From a bacterium (GTDB lineage Bacteria; Patescibacteriota; Microgenomatia; UBA1400; PJMF01): 64,000 nucleotides of DNA. The notes below the pieces were generated by a model. That model ran no database searches. It was not told the origin of the DNA and was given only the letters and a program-made list of their open reading frames with translations. This document shows positions 39,891 to 48,362 of this stretch, piece by piece. The stretch spans positions 3,017-67,016 of the forward strand of contig OMJP01000025.1 of the NCBI GenBank assembly GCA_900299405.1. The letters are read 5' to 3'. Position 1 is the stretch's first letter. The number at the start of each line of letters is the position of its first letter. Made by a program: the position numbers and the translations under genes.

Positions 39891-41828
39891 TTATGGAACT
39901 GGCTCCAAAAGTTTATCCATTTCTATAGAAGCAACCCCAATTACTCGATCAGCACCGCCATAATAAACAAATAGTTTTCCATCTTTAATCACTGATCCAC
40001 ATGAGAAAACTACATTATTAACAATGCCTTGTTTTTCCCAATTTTCAACAGGTTCTAAAATAGGATACTCGCTCCTAAAAATAACCCTAAATGGGTCATT
40101 AATATCCATCACTAAATAACCAAGACGATAATTTTTATCTGCCTGACTAACTCCGTGATATACCAATAGCCAGCCTTTTTCAGTTCTCATGGGGGGGCCA
40201 GCGATACCAATCTTAGCGCTATCCCATCTTCCTGGTCTTGGAGAAATATAACCCTCCTTTTCCAACCACTCTCTTTCAACAAAATCTAAATCATCAACTA
40301 GATCAACCGCAATGTCATGACCCAGGGCTCTGTGAAGAATCACAAACTTATCATTGATTTTTTCTGGGAATAAACAGGCATTTTTGTTATCAGTGGTTGG
40401 ATCAGAAATTAAAGTTGGCTCACTCCACAACCAATTATTGTTTTTTAGGTCTTTAGCACTAATGCTAGTTAAAGCAACCTGCGGAGGACGAACACCATCA
40501 TAGGCTGTATAAAACATGTAGTATCTATCACCAAACAAAGTCATTCTTGGGTCTTCACAACCAGAAAATCCATTTTCATGAACTTTTTTCTCAAACTCCA
40601 TTCTTGGAATATAAACTGGGTCGTGAAATTTTTGTTCAAAGTTAACCCCATCCTTACTCACTGCGTGACCAATGGTGGAAGTATTGTCCCAAGACATGGC
40701 TCTATAAAATAAATGAACTTCATCATCAACTAAAGTTGCAGCTGTATTAAAAACAGCCTGGGCTTGCCAAGTTTGACTCTCATTTGGTTGCAAAATTGGC
40801 TCTCTTTTTTCTCTTCTTAATTTTGGTACTGCTTTATATTTACTTTGCTTTAAATAACTAAGAAAAGGCTCTAGCTTTAACTTAGCCATTGCCACCACCG
40901 TATCTGCTGCTCCATAGTAAACCCAGAGTTCACTGCCTCTTATTAACAAACCTGATGGGAAAATCACATTGGGAATTACACCCTTTAACTCATATTCAAG
41001 CTCTGGTTCTAAAAATGGCGCCTCGGTTCTACCAATAATCTTGCTTGGATCATCTAGGTCTAAAAGCAGGGCCTCAATACCAAAGATTCTTCTGTCATGG
41101 TTGTGATAGTGCTGGATATGAGAGTAAACAAACACCCAGCCTTCACTAGTTTTAACTGGTACAGCACCAACCTCAACATGATCAGTATTCAATCTTGGAA
41201 TTGGTAAGGCATGTTTTTCAAAGTCACGATACCAAGTATTCCAAAATTCCTGATCCCAGATTTGCTCCAATGAATCAAATTTAACCATCGCAATATAAGA
41301 TGGTGGTCTATCTGTATTAACTGTCAAAAAAGCAACATATTGCCCATTAATCTTTTCTGGAAAGAGAACCATGGCTTTAGCATTAAATGGAGTAACAAGA
41401 TGTTTACTGGTAATAGTTTTTAGATCTGGGCTAATAGCCAGCCCAACTTTAATTGAGTCGGCATTCGGTGGAAAATCAGAAAGGCCAGTATAAAAAATCA
41501 AATACTGATCTCCAATTTTAGTTACCCTTGGATCCTCACAACCAAACTTATCCCATGGCTCTGATGGTGTAATTAGCTGGCTAATATTTGTGATTTCACA
41601 AGCCTCGGTTCCCTCGGCATAACCTATGGTTGAAACACGGTAGTTTCTGCCCTCATACTCTTGCTCTTCAGATTCAGCTCGAAAAAGAAGACCTATTCTT
41701 TCACCTAAATCAATAGTGGAAGCATTAAAAACAGCTTTTGCTTGCCACAATAATTTTGGATCTGGAGATAGCACTGGATTTTGCTCGCAGCGTTCAGCCA
41801 TAATTTTACTCATAATATGCCTCCTCAT
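39891..41828 (-). CDS. tandem double GH130-family (DUF377) beta-propeller glycoside phosphorylase/hydrolase
   Basis: Two repeats each with GCEDPR(V/M)T and YYG(A/G)AD(T/R)V motifs; translationally overlapped with upstream gene. Confidence 0.7.
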   Translation of the reverse strand: MRRHIMSKIMAERCEQNPVLSPDPKLLWQAKAVFNASTIDLGERIGLLFRAESEEQEYEGRNYRVSTIGYAEGTEACEITNISQLITPSEPWDKFGCEDPRVTKIGDQYLIFYTGLSDFPPNADSIKVGLAISPDLKTITSKHLVTPFNAKAMVLFPEKINGQYVAFLTVNTDRPPSYIAMVKFDSLEQIWDQEFWNTWYRDFEKHALPIPRLNTDHVEVGAVPVKTSEGWVFVYSHIQHYHNHDRRIFGIEALLLDLDDPSKIIGRTEAPFLEPELEYELKGVIPNVIFPSGLLIRGSELWVYYGAADTVVAMAKLKLEPFLSYLKQSKYKAVPKLRREKREPILQPNESQTWQAQAVFNTAATLVDDEVHLFYRAMSWDNTSTIGHAVSKDGVNFEQKFHDPVYIPRMEFEKKVHENGFSGCEDPRMTLFGDRYYMFYTAYDGVRPPQVALTSISAKDLKNNNWLWSEPTLISDPTTDNKNACLFPEKINDKFVILHRALGHDIAVDLVDDLDFVEREWLEKEGYISPRPGRWDSAKIGIAGPPMRTEKGWLLVYHGVSQADKNYRLGYLVMDINDPFRVIFRSEYPILEPVENWEKQGIVNNVVFSCGSVIKDGKLFVYYGGADRVIGVASIEMDKLLEPVP

Positions 41829-43341
41829 CGACAGCCATTAATACTGAGTCTAAATCTGTGACTCCGGTCTTCTTTAAGTCACCAATAAAATCTTTTAGAT
41901 TTGCAGTGGCAACACAAACATAGGAGTCAGCTCCTCCATAATACACAAATAAAGTGTTGTCTTTAATTACAGCACCACATGGATAAACCACTCCAGCCTT
42001 AAATCCAACATTTTCATATTCTTCTCGTGGAAGAAGAATTGGCTCAGCAGATCTAGCAATAACTTTCGTTGGATCTTCTAGATCTAATAACATTGCTCCG
42101 ACCTTATATTCACTAGCATCTTTGTCATCAACTGCTTGATAAATTAGCAACCATCCCTCATCAGTCTTAAGAGGGGGAGCCCCAGCTCCAATTTTTCTGC
42201 TATCCCACCATTCTTTAGATCTTGGCTCAATTTTATGTTCACCATAAACAAAGGTTTTGCCATCAAAATCATCAAGCGAATCAACATAATCAATTAAAAT
42301 ATTTGGGAAAACCCGATGCATAATTGCATATTTGCCGTTAATTTTTTCTGGAAAAATTACAGCACTTTTATCAACTACTCCAGGAGGGGAGATAAGAACT
42401 GGTTTCTCCCAAATAAAGTTATTATCCAAGAAGTCTTTCAAGGCAATTGAAGTCAAAGCTACTCTTGGAGGACTCCAACCATCATAAGCAACATAGGTCA
42501 TATAAACCTTATCATCAATTACTGTTGTTCTTGGATCTTCAACTCCTCCACAACCACCGCCAGAAACAAAAGAATTATTTGGATCACCCAGTGGCAAACT
42601 AACCCCTTCAAATTTTTCAGAGGGACTATACACAGGACATACATGTCTATCTTCAATGGTGTAACCATCCATACTAGTTGCGTAACCGACCTGGGAGACA
42701 TAATCGAAACCTTGAGCTCGGTAAAGAATATGAACTTTATCATCGGCATAAAATGCAGCCGGATTAAAAGTATTAAATGCTTCCCATGAATTAGCACTTT
42801 TAGGTTTAATCATTGGATTATGATGATGAGGCTTGATCAGCAATGGAATTGCATGCTTAACTTCTATTTCACCTTTAAATCTGTACTTGGGATAAACCTT
42901 AGTAATTAACCCTTTAGTTTCTGATCTCCAAACAGATTCAATTTTAGAAGAAACTCTATTCAAAGAAACAAAGCTCCACTCATTGCCATAATTACCAAAT
43001 TCATAAATTAGTTTTGGTTGTTTCCATAGAAATCTTTTTGGATGAGCTGTTTCAAATAAAATAACAAAAACTTCAATCTTATCTTCTAGAAAAACATGAT
43101 AAAAAACCAAAACACCAGATTGAACAAGAAAAATATTTTCTATTTCAATCTTAGATAAAGAATCATAAAACTTATCTTTAATTATTCTCTGATAAATTGA
43201 CCTAGCTTTAGCTAATCTATCCTGACTAGTTCCCAATAAACCTCTTTGAAAACCCAAAAACCTTAGGTTCTTAACAAACCAAGGCAAAAACTTGCTAGTA
43301 GAACGAACAAATAAGTCCCTAATGATATTTAATATACTCAT
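41806..43341 (-). CDS. GH130-family (DUF377) glycoside phosphorylase/hydrolase with ~190-aa unknown N-terminal domain
   Basis: GGVEDPRTTVIDDKVYMTYVAYDG and LFVYYGGADSYVCVA motifs; overlaps next gene by 23 nt. Confidence 0.7.
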   Translation of the reverse strand: MSILNIIRDLFVRSTSKFLPWFVKNLRFLGFQRGLLGTSQDRLAKARSIYQRIIKDKFYDSLSKIEIENIFLVQSGVLVFYHVFLEDKIEVFVILFETAHPKRFLWKQPKLIYEFGNYGNEWSFVSLNRVSSKIESVWRSETKGLITKVYPKYRFKGEIEVKHAIPLLIKPHHHNPMIKPKSANSWEAFNTFNPAAFYADDKVHILYRAQGFDYVSQVGYATSMDGYTIEDRHVCPVYSPSEKFEGVSLPLGDPNNSFVSGGGCGGVEDPRTTVIDDKVYMTYVAYDGWSPPRVALTSIALKDFLDNNFIWEKPVLISPPGVVDKSAVIFPEKINGKYAIMHRVFPNILIDYVDSLDDFDGKTFVYGEHKIEPRSKEWWDSRKIGAGAPPLKTDEGWLLIYQAVDDKDASEYKVGAMLLDLEDPTKVIARSAEPILLPREEYENVGFKAGVVYPCGAVIKDNTLFVYYGGADSYVCVATANLKDFIGDLKKTGVTDLDSVLMAVDEEAYYE

Positions 43342-43460
43342 GGAAGCTTTTTATGAAAACCGGATTAATAAAATAATACAGAGAAAATAGTCTGAATTAA
43401 AGATCCAATCCAATACTTTTATATACCAAACTAACAATATAAAAACAAATCATTATTAGT

Positions 43461-43490
43461 CAAAAGAAAGACCGGCTTAAGGCGCCGGTC
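43461..43490 (-). terminator. intrinsic terminator for small membrane-protein gene
   Basis: GACCGGC-loop-GCCGGTC hairpin followed on minus strand by CTTTCTTTTG. Confidence 0.55.
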
Positions 43491-43509
43491 AAACCTTTTT
43501 AATGGTTGC

Positions 43510-43710
43510 TTATTTCTTCTTTCGTTTCAGCCTTCGACCTAATCGCTCGAAAAACTCGAGGATTTGAACAGAAAAAATCAATCCAAGGATTCCGAAGATG
43601 ATCAGAATTACCGGAGCGCACTGCCAAACAATAGCAATAACGCCGATTGCCAAAACAACTTGCCCAAGCTGAGTGCCGAAAAACCAATTTAGTCCACTAC
43701 CGCAAAGCAT
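43510..43710 (-). CDS. hypothetical small membrane protein (two predicted TM helices, basic C-terminus)
   Basis: ORF with hydrophobic segments and its own downstream terminator. Confidence 0.35.
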   Translation of the reverse strand: MLCGSGLNWFFGTQLGQVVLAIGVIAIVWQCAPVILIIFGILGLIFSVQILEFFERLGRRLKRKKK

Positions 43711-43880
43711 GAGTAGAGCTAAAATGATAAGCAGCCAAATAAGCCTTCTCTATCTAATCACAGTATTGCTCATTTTTTTCTCCGGTGTTTCATGTATTTA
43801 GCGAAGCAATCTCACTAGAGAAACACCATCATTATTGTATCATAATATATCTTCAAATTGATCTTTTTTGTTATGGAAAT

Positions 43881-43906
43881 AAAAAATCCCCAAAAATGGG
43901 GATTTA
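43881..43906 (-). terminator. rho-independent terminator after tRNA-Lys(TTT)/efp
   Basis: AATCCCCA-aaaa-TGGGGATT hairpin followed on minus strand by TTTTTATTT. Confidence 0.7.
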
Positions 43907-43912
43907 TTAAAG

Positions 43913-43986
43913 TGAGTCCGCCGGGACTCGAACCCGGGACGCACAGCTTAAAAGGCTGTCGCTCTAACCGACTGAGCTACGGACCC
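43913..43986 (-). tRNA. tRNA-Lys (TTT)
   Basis: GGGTCCG UA GCTCAGTCGGTTAGAGC; anticodon loop CUUUUAA; GGGTTCGAGTCCCGG T-arm. Confidence 0.85.
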
Positions 43987-44036
43987 TCGTGCAAAGACAA
44001 CATTATACCAAGACAGCGAGGTTTTGCCTGTGCCAA

Positions 44037-44603
44037 TTAATTTTTTCGAGAAATATATTCGCCGCTGTCGACATCGACAATTAATTTATCACCGGTTTTG
44101 ACAAATAGGGGAGCCTGGACAATCAAACCCGTTTCCATGGTCACGGCTTTCTTGCCGGCAGTCTGGCGATCACCAGCCACTGCTTCCTCAGCTTTTTCTA
44201 CTGTCATGGTAACTTTGGGAGGTAAACTGACGCCGATCGGTTTGTCTTCAAAAATCTGCACATAAACCTTCATCTCAGGCACCAAAAACAATTCTTTACC
44301 ATCAAACATTGCTACCGGCACCGAGATTTGTTCGTAACTGCGATTATCCATCAGCACCACTTCATCCCCAGCCAAATACAAAAACTGCAGCTCTTTTGAT
44401 TCAATATCTAGTTCCTCGGCGATATCATGTGATTTGAAAGTGTAATCGATCGTCGATCCGGACTTCAGATCGCGTAGTTTGGTCCGCATAAAAGCCGAGC
44501 CCCGACCCATGGACCCAAAGTGAGTCCAAGTAACCGCGTGAGGCTTGCCATTGTGCAGAATGTACATTCCTTTTTTGATATTGCCAGCTTTGACTTTTGC
44601 CAT
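44037..44603 (-). CDS. efp: elongation factor P
   Basis: MAKVKAGNIKKGMYILHNGKPHAV N-terminus with conserved K32-equivalent loop. Confidence 0.9.
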   Translation of the reverse strand: MAKVKAGNIKKGMYILHNGKPHAVTWTHFGSMGRGSAFMRTKLRDLKSGSTIDYTFKSHDIAEELDIESKELQFLYLAGDEVVLMDNRSYEQISVPVAMFDGKELFLVPEMKVYVQIFEDKPIGVSLPPKVTMTVEKAEEAVAGDRQTAGKKAVTMETGLIVQAPLFVKTGDKLIVDVDSGEYISRKN

Positions 44604-44648
44604 AGCGGGAATTGTACCCCAAAGTAAAACCCGTAAAAGGTGGAGTTT

Positions 44649-44957
44649 TTACAAAAAAGAGCTAGCCGTAATGATGGCCAAAAACAAAATCACCAACCAC
44701 AAAGCAGTATAGCCAACGGTAGCGACTGCCTGATTATTTTTTTTCTGGGTCCATAGCAAAAATGGCTGGCGAAAAACAATAAAACCACACATCAAAGCAG
44801 AAAGAACAAATAGGGTGAGACCCGTAGCGGCCACCATAGCCTCGGGTACATCGCCCAGGAAATTCTCGGCGTTTTGCATAAAAGCTACCACCAAACTGAT
44901 GTAAGCTCCCAAGCCCAAGGCCTGATAAAACCCAAGTAAAAGAGGTGACTTTTTCAT
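44649..44957 (-). CDS. hypothetical membrane protein
   Basis: Three hydrophobic helices; no family recognised. Confidence 0.4.
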   Translation of the reverse strand: MKKSPLLLGFYQALGLGAYISLVVAFMQNAENFLGDVPEAMVAATGLTLFVLSALMCGFIVFRQPFLLWTQKKNNQAVATVGYTALWLVILFLAIITASSFL

Positions 44958-44980
44958 ACTTTGATTATAGCAAATTCAGA

Positions 44981-45922
44981 CTACCAACCGAGGAGTTTCA
45001 GGGATACATAAACGCCATAAAGCCCCAAGAGCAGCCAGGATTCCTTGCGTTCCAGCTTGCCACGAGAGAGTGAGAATAGCGCCACCACGATCATGGTAAA
45101 TAACAAGAATGGTAGATCGAACTGGGCTACGTGACGTTCGATCGGCAAACCAGAAATCACTGCCGCTAGTCCCAAGGCCAGCAGAATATTGATAATGTTA
45201 CTACCCACCAAATTGCTGACTGAAAGATCCTTGGCTCCCTGCATGGCAGCTTTTACCGAGACCACTAGCTCGGGCAGGCTAGTGCCAACTCCAACCAAAA
45301 CAGCTCCTACCACTAATTGGCTTACTCCCAAGCTGGCAGCAATCTCAATTCCGGATTCAATCACTCTATTGGAAGCCTCGCCCAACAGAATTATTCCAGC
45401 CAATAAAATCAAGGCCAATTTCCATGGAGGTTGCTTGTGCTTGCGTTTCTTCACGGGAGTTTTGGCTTGTGAGCGACTGACAATAATAAAATAAAACAAG
45501 TAAGTCACCAAAAATGCCCATCCTTCAGTACGACTAATCAATCCATCTGAGGCAAATACCAAAAACAACAAGGTCGCTGCCACCACTGCCAGGCCCTGGC
45601 GCCACACTTCCTGTTTTTTCATCACCATGGAACCGCCCAGTATTCCCACCGAGCCCAGCACAAACACCATGTTGCTCATGTTGGAACCAATGATGTTACC
45701 AACCACAATTCCCGCAGTATCAACTCCTTTACCATGTTCGATCGCACCAGTGACCGAGACCATGATCTCTGGCAGCCCAGTACCCAGCGCCAACACAATT
45801 AGACCGATGAAGTTTTCGCTCAGACCGAACTTTCTGGCCAAACCTAGGGCGCCCCGAATCACCAGCTCCGCCCCCAGCCACAAGCCAATGAGACCAAGAA
45901 AGAAAATTACGATTTGTTGCAC
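44981..45922 (-). CDS. Ca2+/Na+ antiporter (CaCA family, YrbG-like)
   Basis: Duplicated alpha-repeat GLIVLALGTGLPE / VGVGTSLPELVVSV. Confidence 0.8.
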   Translation of the reverse strand: MQQIVIFFLGLIGLWLGAELVIRGALGLARKFGLSENFIGLIVLALGTGLPEIMVSVTGAIEHGKGVDTAGIVVGNIIGSNMSNMVFVLGSVGILGGSMVMKKQEVWRQGLAVVAATLLFLVFASDGLISRTEGWAFLVTYLFYFIIVSRSQAKTPVKKRKHKQPPWKLALILLAGIILLGEASNRVIESGIEIAASLGVSQLVVGAVLVGVGTSLPELVVSVKAAMQGAKDLSVSNLVGSNIINILLALGLAAVISGLPIERHVAQFDLPFLLFTMIVVALFSLSRGKLERKESWLLLGLYGVYVSLKLLGW

Positions 45923-45968
45923 TGCTATATTAAAGCAAATTTCTCAGAACTTGGGCAGGGGAGACGCT

Positions 45969-46295
45969 TTAGCCAATGCCAAAAATCGGACCCTGACCGC
46001 CGTAAAAGTAGAGGGGCAGCCACAGCAATACCAGCGATCCTAAAACAATTTTGCCTAGCAGCCCTACCTGCTCGCGCTTGAGCACAATGTAGCAAGCCAC
46101 AATATTAAAAATCTCCAGCGGAAAAGTGGTGTAGTCACAGTAAGGATCACACCAGCGCGCCGTCAGATACTCACGGTGGCCAAAGTCAACAAACGGATTG
46201 TGAATGCCCAAAATGTCAGTCGAAATATCTCGATAGAGGTGGTAAATGGACCAGATGAAAATAATGGTGAAAGTGAATTTGGACAGTTTTGACAT
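45969..46295 (-). CDS. hypothetical membrane protein
   Basis: ORF with two or three TM segments; no family recognised. Confidence 0.35.
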   Translation of the reverse strand: MSKLSKFTFTIIFIWSIYHLYRDISTDILGIHNPFVDFGHREYLTARWCDPYCDYTTFPLEIFNIVACYIVLKREQVGLLGKIVLGSLVLLWLPLYFYGGQGPIFGIG

Positions 46296-46299
46296 TTTT

Positions 46300-47025
46300 T
46301 TATAGATATTTTTTTAGAAACTCAATTTCTTGCTTGTAAACTTTTTGCGCCTCATCGTAGTTCCAAGGACTATGGTCTTGTCCTGGCAAAATCATATATG
46401 GTTGATTTTTTCTTGCAACCGCATCTATGGTCTGATCTCTCAGTTCTTGAGAAACGTACTTATCTTCCTCTCCATAAACTAAATGAATTCCTCCAGAATA
46501 GCTTTCTAATGATTTGAAAAAATCAGAATCTCTGGCTTCAATCCAAAAGCTGCCTCTATATTGCTGTCCACCTTCTTCATAAACCTCATCATTTTGAACA
46601 TTTACTTTGGTTTTTGCATCAGGAACCCATAAAATTATGCACGGAATTTTTCCTTTAAATCTCTGTTGAGCTGCTACAGCCATTGTTGTTGTCGCACCCA
46701 TACTTTGACCCAATAGAGAAACTTTATAACCCTTGTTTAAATACTCTTCTGTGAAATGAGAAAGTGTATAAATCCATTCGTTGAAAGAAGAATCAAGATA
46801 GTCTCCTTCAGAGTTTCCAGAACATGGCTGGTCAAACCTCAACACCGAAAACCCTTCTCCTAGTAGCAACCTTTCAAAATCAACAAATTTTCTTGCTGGA
46901 CCAATTGATGTGCCCCTAAATCCATGAGACATTATCACAATTTTTTTATCAGACTTATCAGGCTCAGTAAGAATATTAAAAATCTTTTTATCGTTAATTT
47001 TGGCAAAGCTTATAGTTGTGCTCAT
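46300..47025 (-). CDS. alpha/beta hydrolase
   Basis: HGFRG oxyanion region and GQSMG nucleophile elbow; internal Met start used because the longer ORF would run over tRNA-Gly. Confidence 0.7.
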   Translation of the reverse strand: MSTTISFAKINDKKIFNILTEPDKSDKKIVIMSHGFRGTSIGPARKFVDFERLLLGEGFSVLRFDQPCSGNSEGDYLDSSFNEWIYTLSHFTEEYLNKGYKVSLLGQSMGATTTMAVAAQQRFKGKIPCIILWVPDAKTKVNVQNDEVYEEGGQQYRGSFWIEARDSDFFKSLESYSGGIHLVYGEEDKYVSQELRDQTIDAVARKNQPYMILPGQDHSPWNYDEAQKVYKQEIEFLKKYL

Positions 47026-47078
47026 TGGAAAAGTATAGCAACTACAAAATACAAAGTGTTTAAAAATAAAATCGTATG

Positions 47079-47150
47079 AGCGGGTGAAGGGAATCGAACC
47101 CTCGTCGCCAGTTTGGAAAACTGGAGCTCTAACCATTGAGCTACACCCGC
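47079..47150 (-). tRNA. tRNA-Gly (TCC)
   Basis: GCGGGTG UA GCTCAATGGTTAGAGC; anticodon loop UUUCCAA; GGTTCGATTCC T-arm. Confidence 0.8.
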
Positions 47151-47247
47151 AATTTATATTCCAAATGTACCATAATTCTTGAGGAAAACAACCAACCCTC
47201 GGCCTGACACTGGGAATCACTTCGAGAGCTGTTATACTCAGCTTGCT

Positions 47248-47931
47248 ATGGGGCTACTCAAAAAAATGAAACTGCAATCGATGTTTTTTGCCTTTGCGTG
47301 GATGCTCGCCACCACGGGAGTGATTTTGCTATCCATGGCTGGCTTTCATTATTACAACCTCAGCCAGAAAAAAGAGTTTGCTCACCAAAGCGGATCACAG
47401 GTGGCAATCAACGAAACAGGGGATTCAGAATCTCTTGGTTCAGGAGTAAAAGGCGTGCAAACAGTAATGGAAAGCGATGACGCTCGATCAGCAATCGTGG
47501 CCAAATTTCTCGAGCGGCACAACTCACCCATGGAACCTTATGATTACTACGCCGAGGAATTAGTCCGCATCGCTGATGAATACAACCTCGATTTCCGCCT
47601 GTTGCCAGCCATCGCCATGAGAGAGAGCAATCTCTGCCGCAATACCCATTCCCAAGCACCCCATAACTGTTTAGGCTTTGGCATTCATTCCGAGGGAACT
47701 TTGGACTTCGACAGCTATCTGGCAGGCTTCGAGAGAGCAGCCAAAGAAATCAGAGCTTATTACGTCAACCAGGGGAGAATTACTACTGAAATGGTCGGGC
47801 AGAAGTACGCCAGTAGTCCTACTTGGGCAGATGGGGTGAACCAATTCATGGCAGAAATGCGCTACGATGATCGAGACTTGGGAAGAGAGCTGAAGGAAGA
47901 TGCTACGAACGTCCTGGAATTTGCTCAATAA
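47248..47931 (+). CDS. membrane-anchored lysozyme-like / lytic transglycosylase-like protein
   Basis: N-terminal TM; AIAMRESN motif resembling the SLT catalytic Glu-Ser region; assignment tentative. Confidence 0.45.
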   Translation: MGLLKKMKLQSMFFAFAWMLATTGVILLSMAGFHYYNLSQKKEFAHQSGSQVAINETGDSESLGSGVKGVQTVMESDDARSAIVAKFLERHNSPMEPYDYYAEELVRIADEYNLDFRLLPAIAMRESNLCRNTHSQAPHNCLGFGIHSEGTLDFDSYLAGFERAAKEIRAYYVNQGRITTEMVGQKYASSPTWADGVNQFMAEMRYDDRDLGRELKEDATNVLEFAQ

Positions 47932-47950
47932 TTATTCTATATAAAATCAA

Positions 47951-47982
47951 AAAAGCCTCCGCCTTGGGCGGAAGCCTTTTTG
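47951..47982 (+). terminator. rho-independent terminator (also usable on minus strand)
   Basis: AGCCTCCGCC-ttgg-GCGGAAGCCT hairpin flanked by A-run and T-run. Confidence 0.65.
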
Positions 47983-48239
47983 TTCCTAACCGAAAGTCAT
48001 TTCGGCAGAGGACATTTTTTGTCAACTCGGATATTTTGGATATTACTTTGCCTAATATTAAAAGTCAAGCAAAATAAAGTTCTGGAGCCGCCGAGGAGAC
48101 TTACACTCCCACCTCCGAGTTGACAAAATCGGCAGTCCTCTACATGACCTTCGGCGGCATACAACGACTTCCAGAACAACTTCATTCTGCTGGACAAATC
48201 TGACAAAAAGCGTAACAAGAGATTAATTTAATATAGGAC

Positions 48240-48347
48240 TTGACATTATGACCTATTTTGATATATTAGAGGATAACTCAGAAGGTTTTCTCTCACCGGG
48301 AAGTACGTTCTGAGACAAAAAACCCCGCCACTAGGCGGGTTTTTTTG
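48240..48347 (+). ncRNA. candidate small RNA: consensus promoter (TTGACA-16-TGaTATATT) followed by ~75-nt transcript ending at an intrinsic terminator
   Basis: Perfect -35 TTGACA 48240-48245; extended -10 48259-48267; 5' hairpin ctcagaa/ttctgag; terminator hairpin 48324-48339 plus T7. Confidence 0.4.
48318..48347. terminator. bidirectional rho-independent terminator
   Basis: CCCGCC-acta-GGCGGG with A6 upstream and T7 downstream; serves the minus-strand glycosyltransferase gene and a plus-strand transcript. Confidence 0.7.
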
Positions 48348-48362
48348 TAGCTCTTGGCTAGA

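Noticed and set aside
46300-47220. 306-aa form of the alpha/beta hydrolase ORF
   Set aside because: Its N-terminal 65 codons run through tRNA-Gly(TCC) (47079-47150). The internal Met at 47025 gives a sensible start.
47990-48160. Possibility that the long inverted repeat is a 6S RNA (SsrS)
   Set aside because: The overall extended-hairpin size is suggestive, but I could not identify a central-bubble architecture with confidence. It is retained only as an unclassified structured element.
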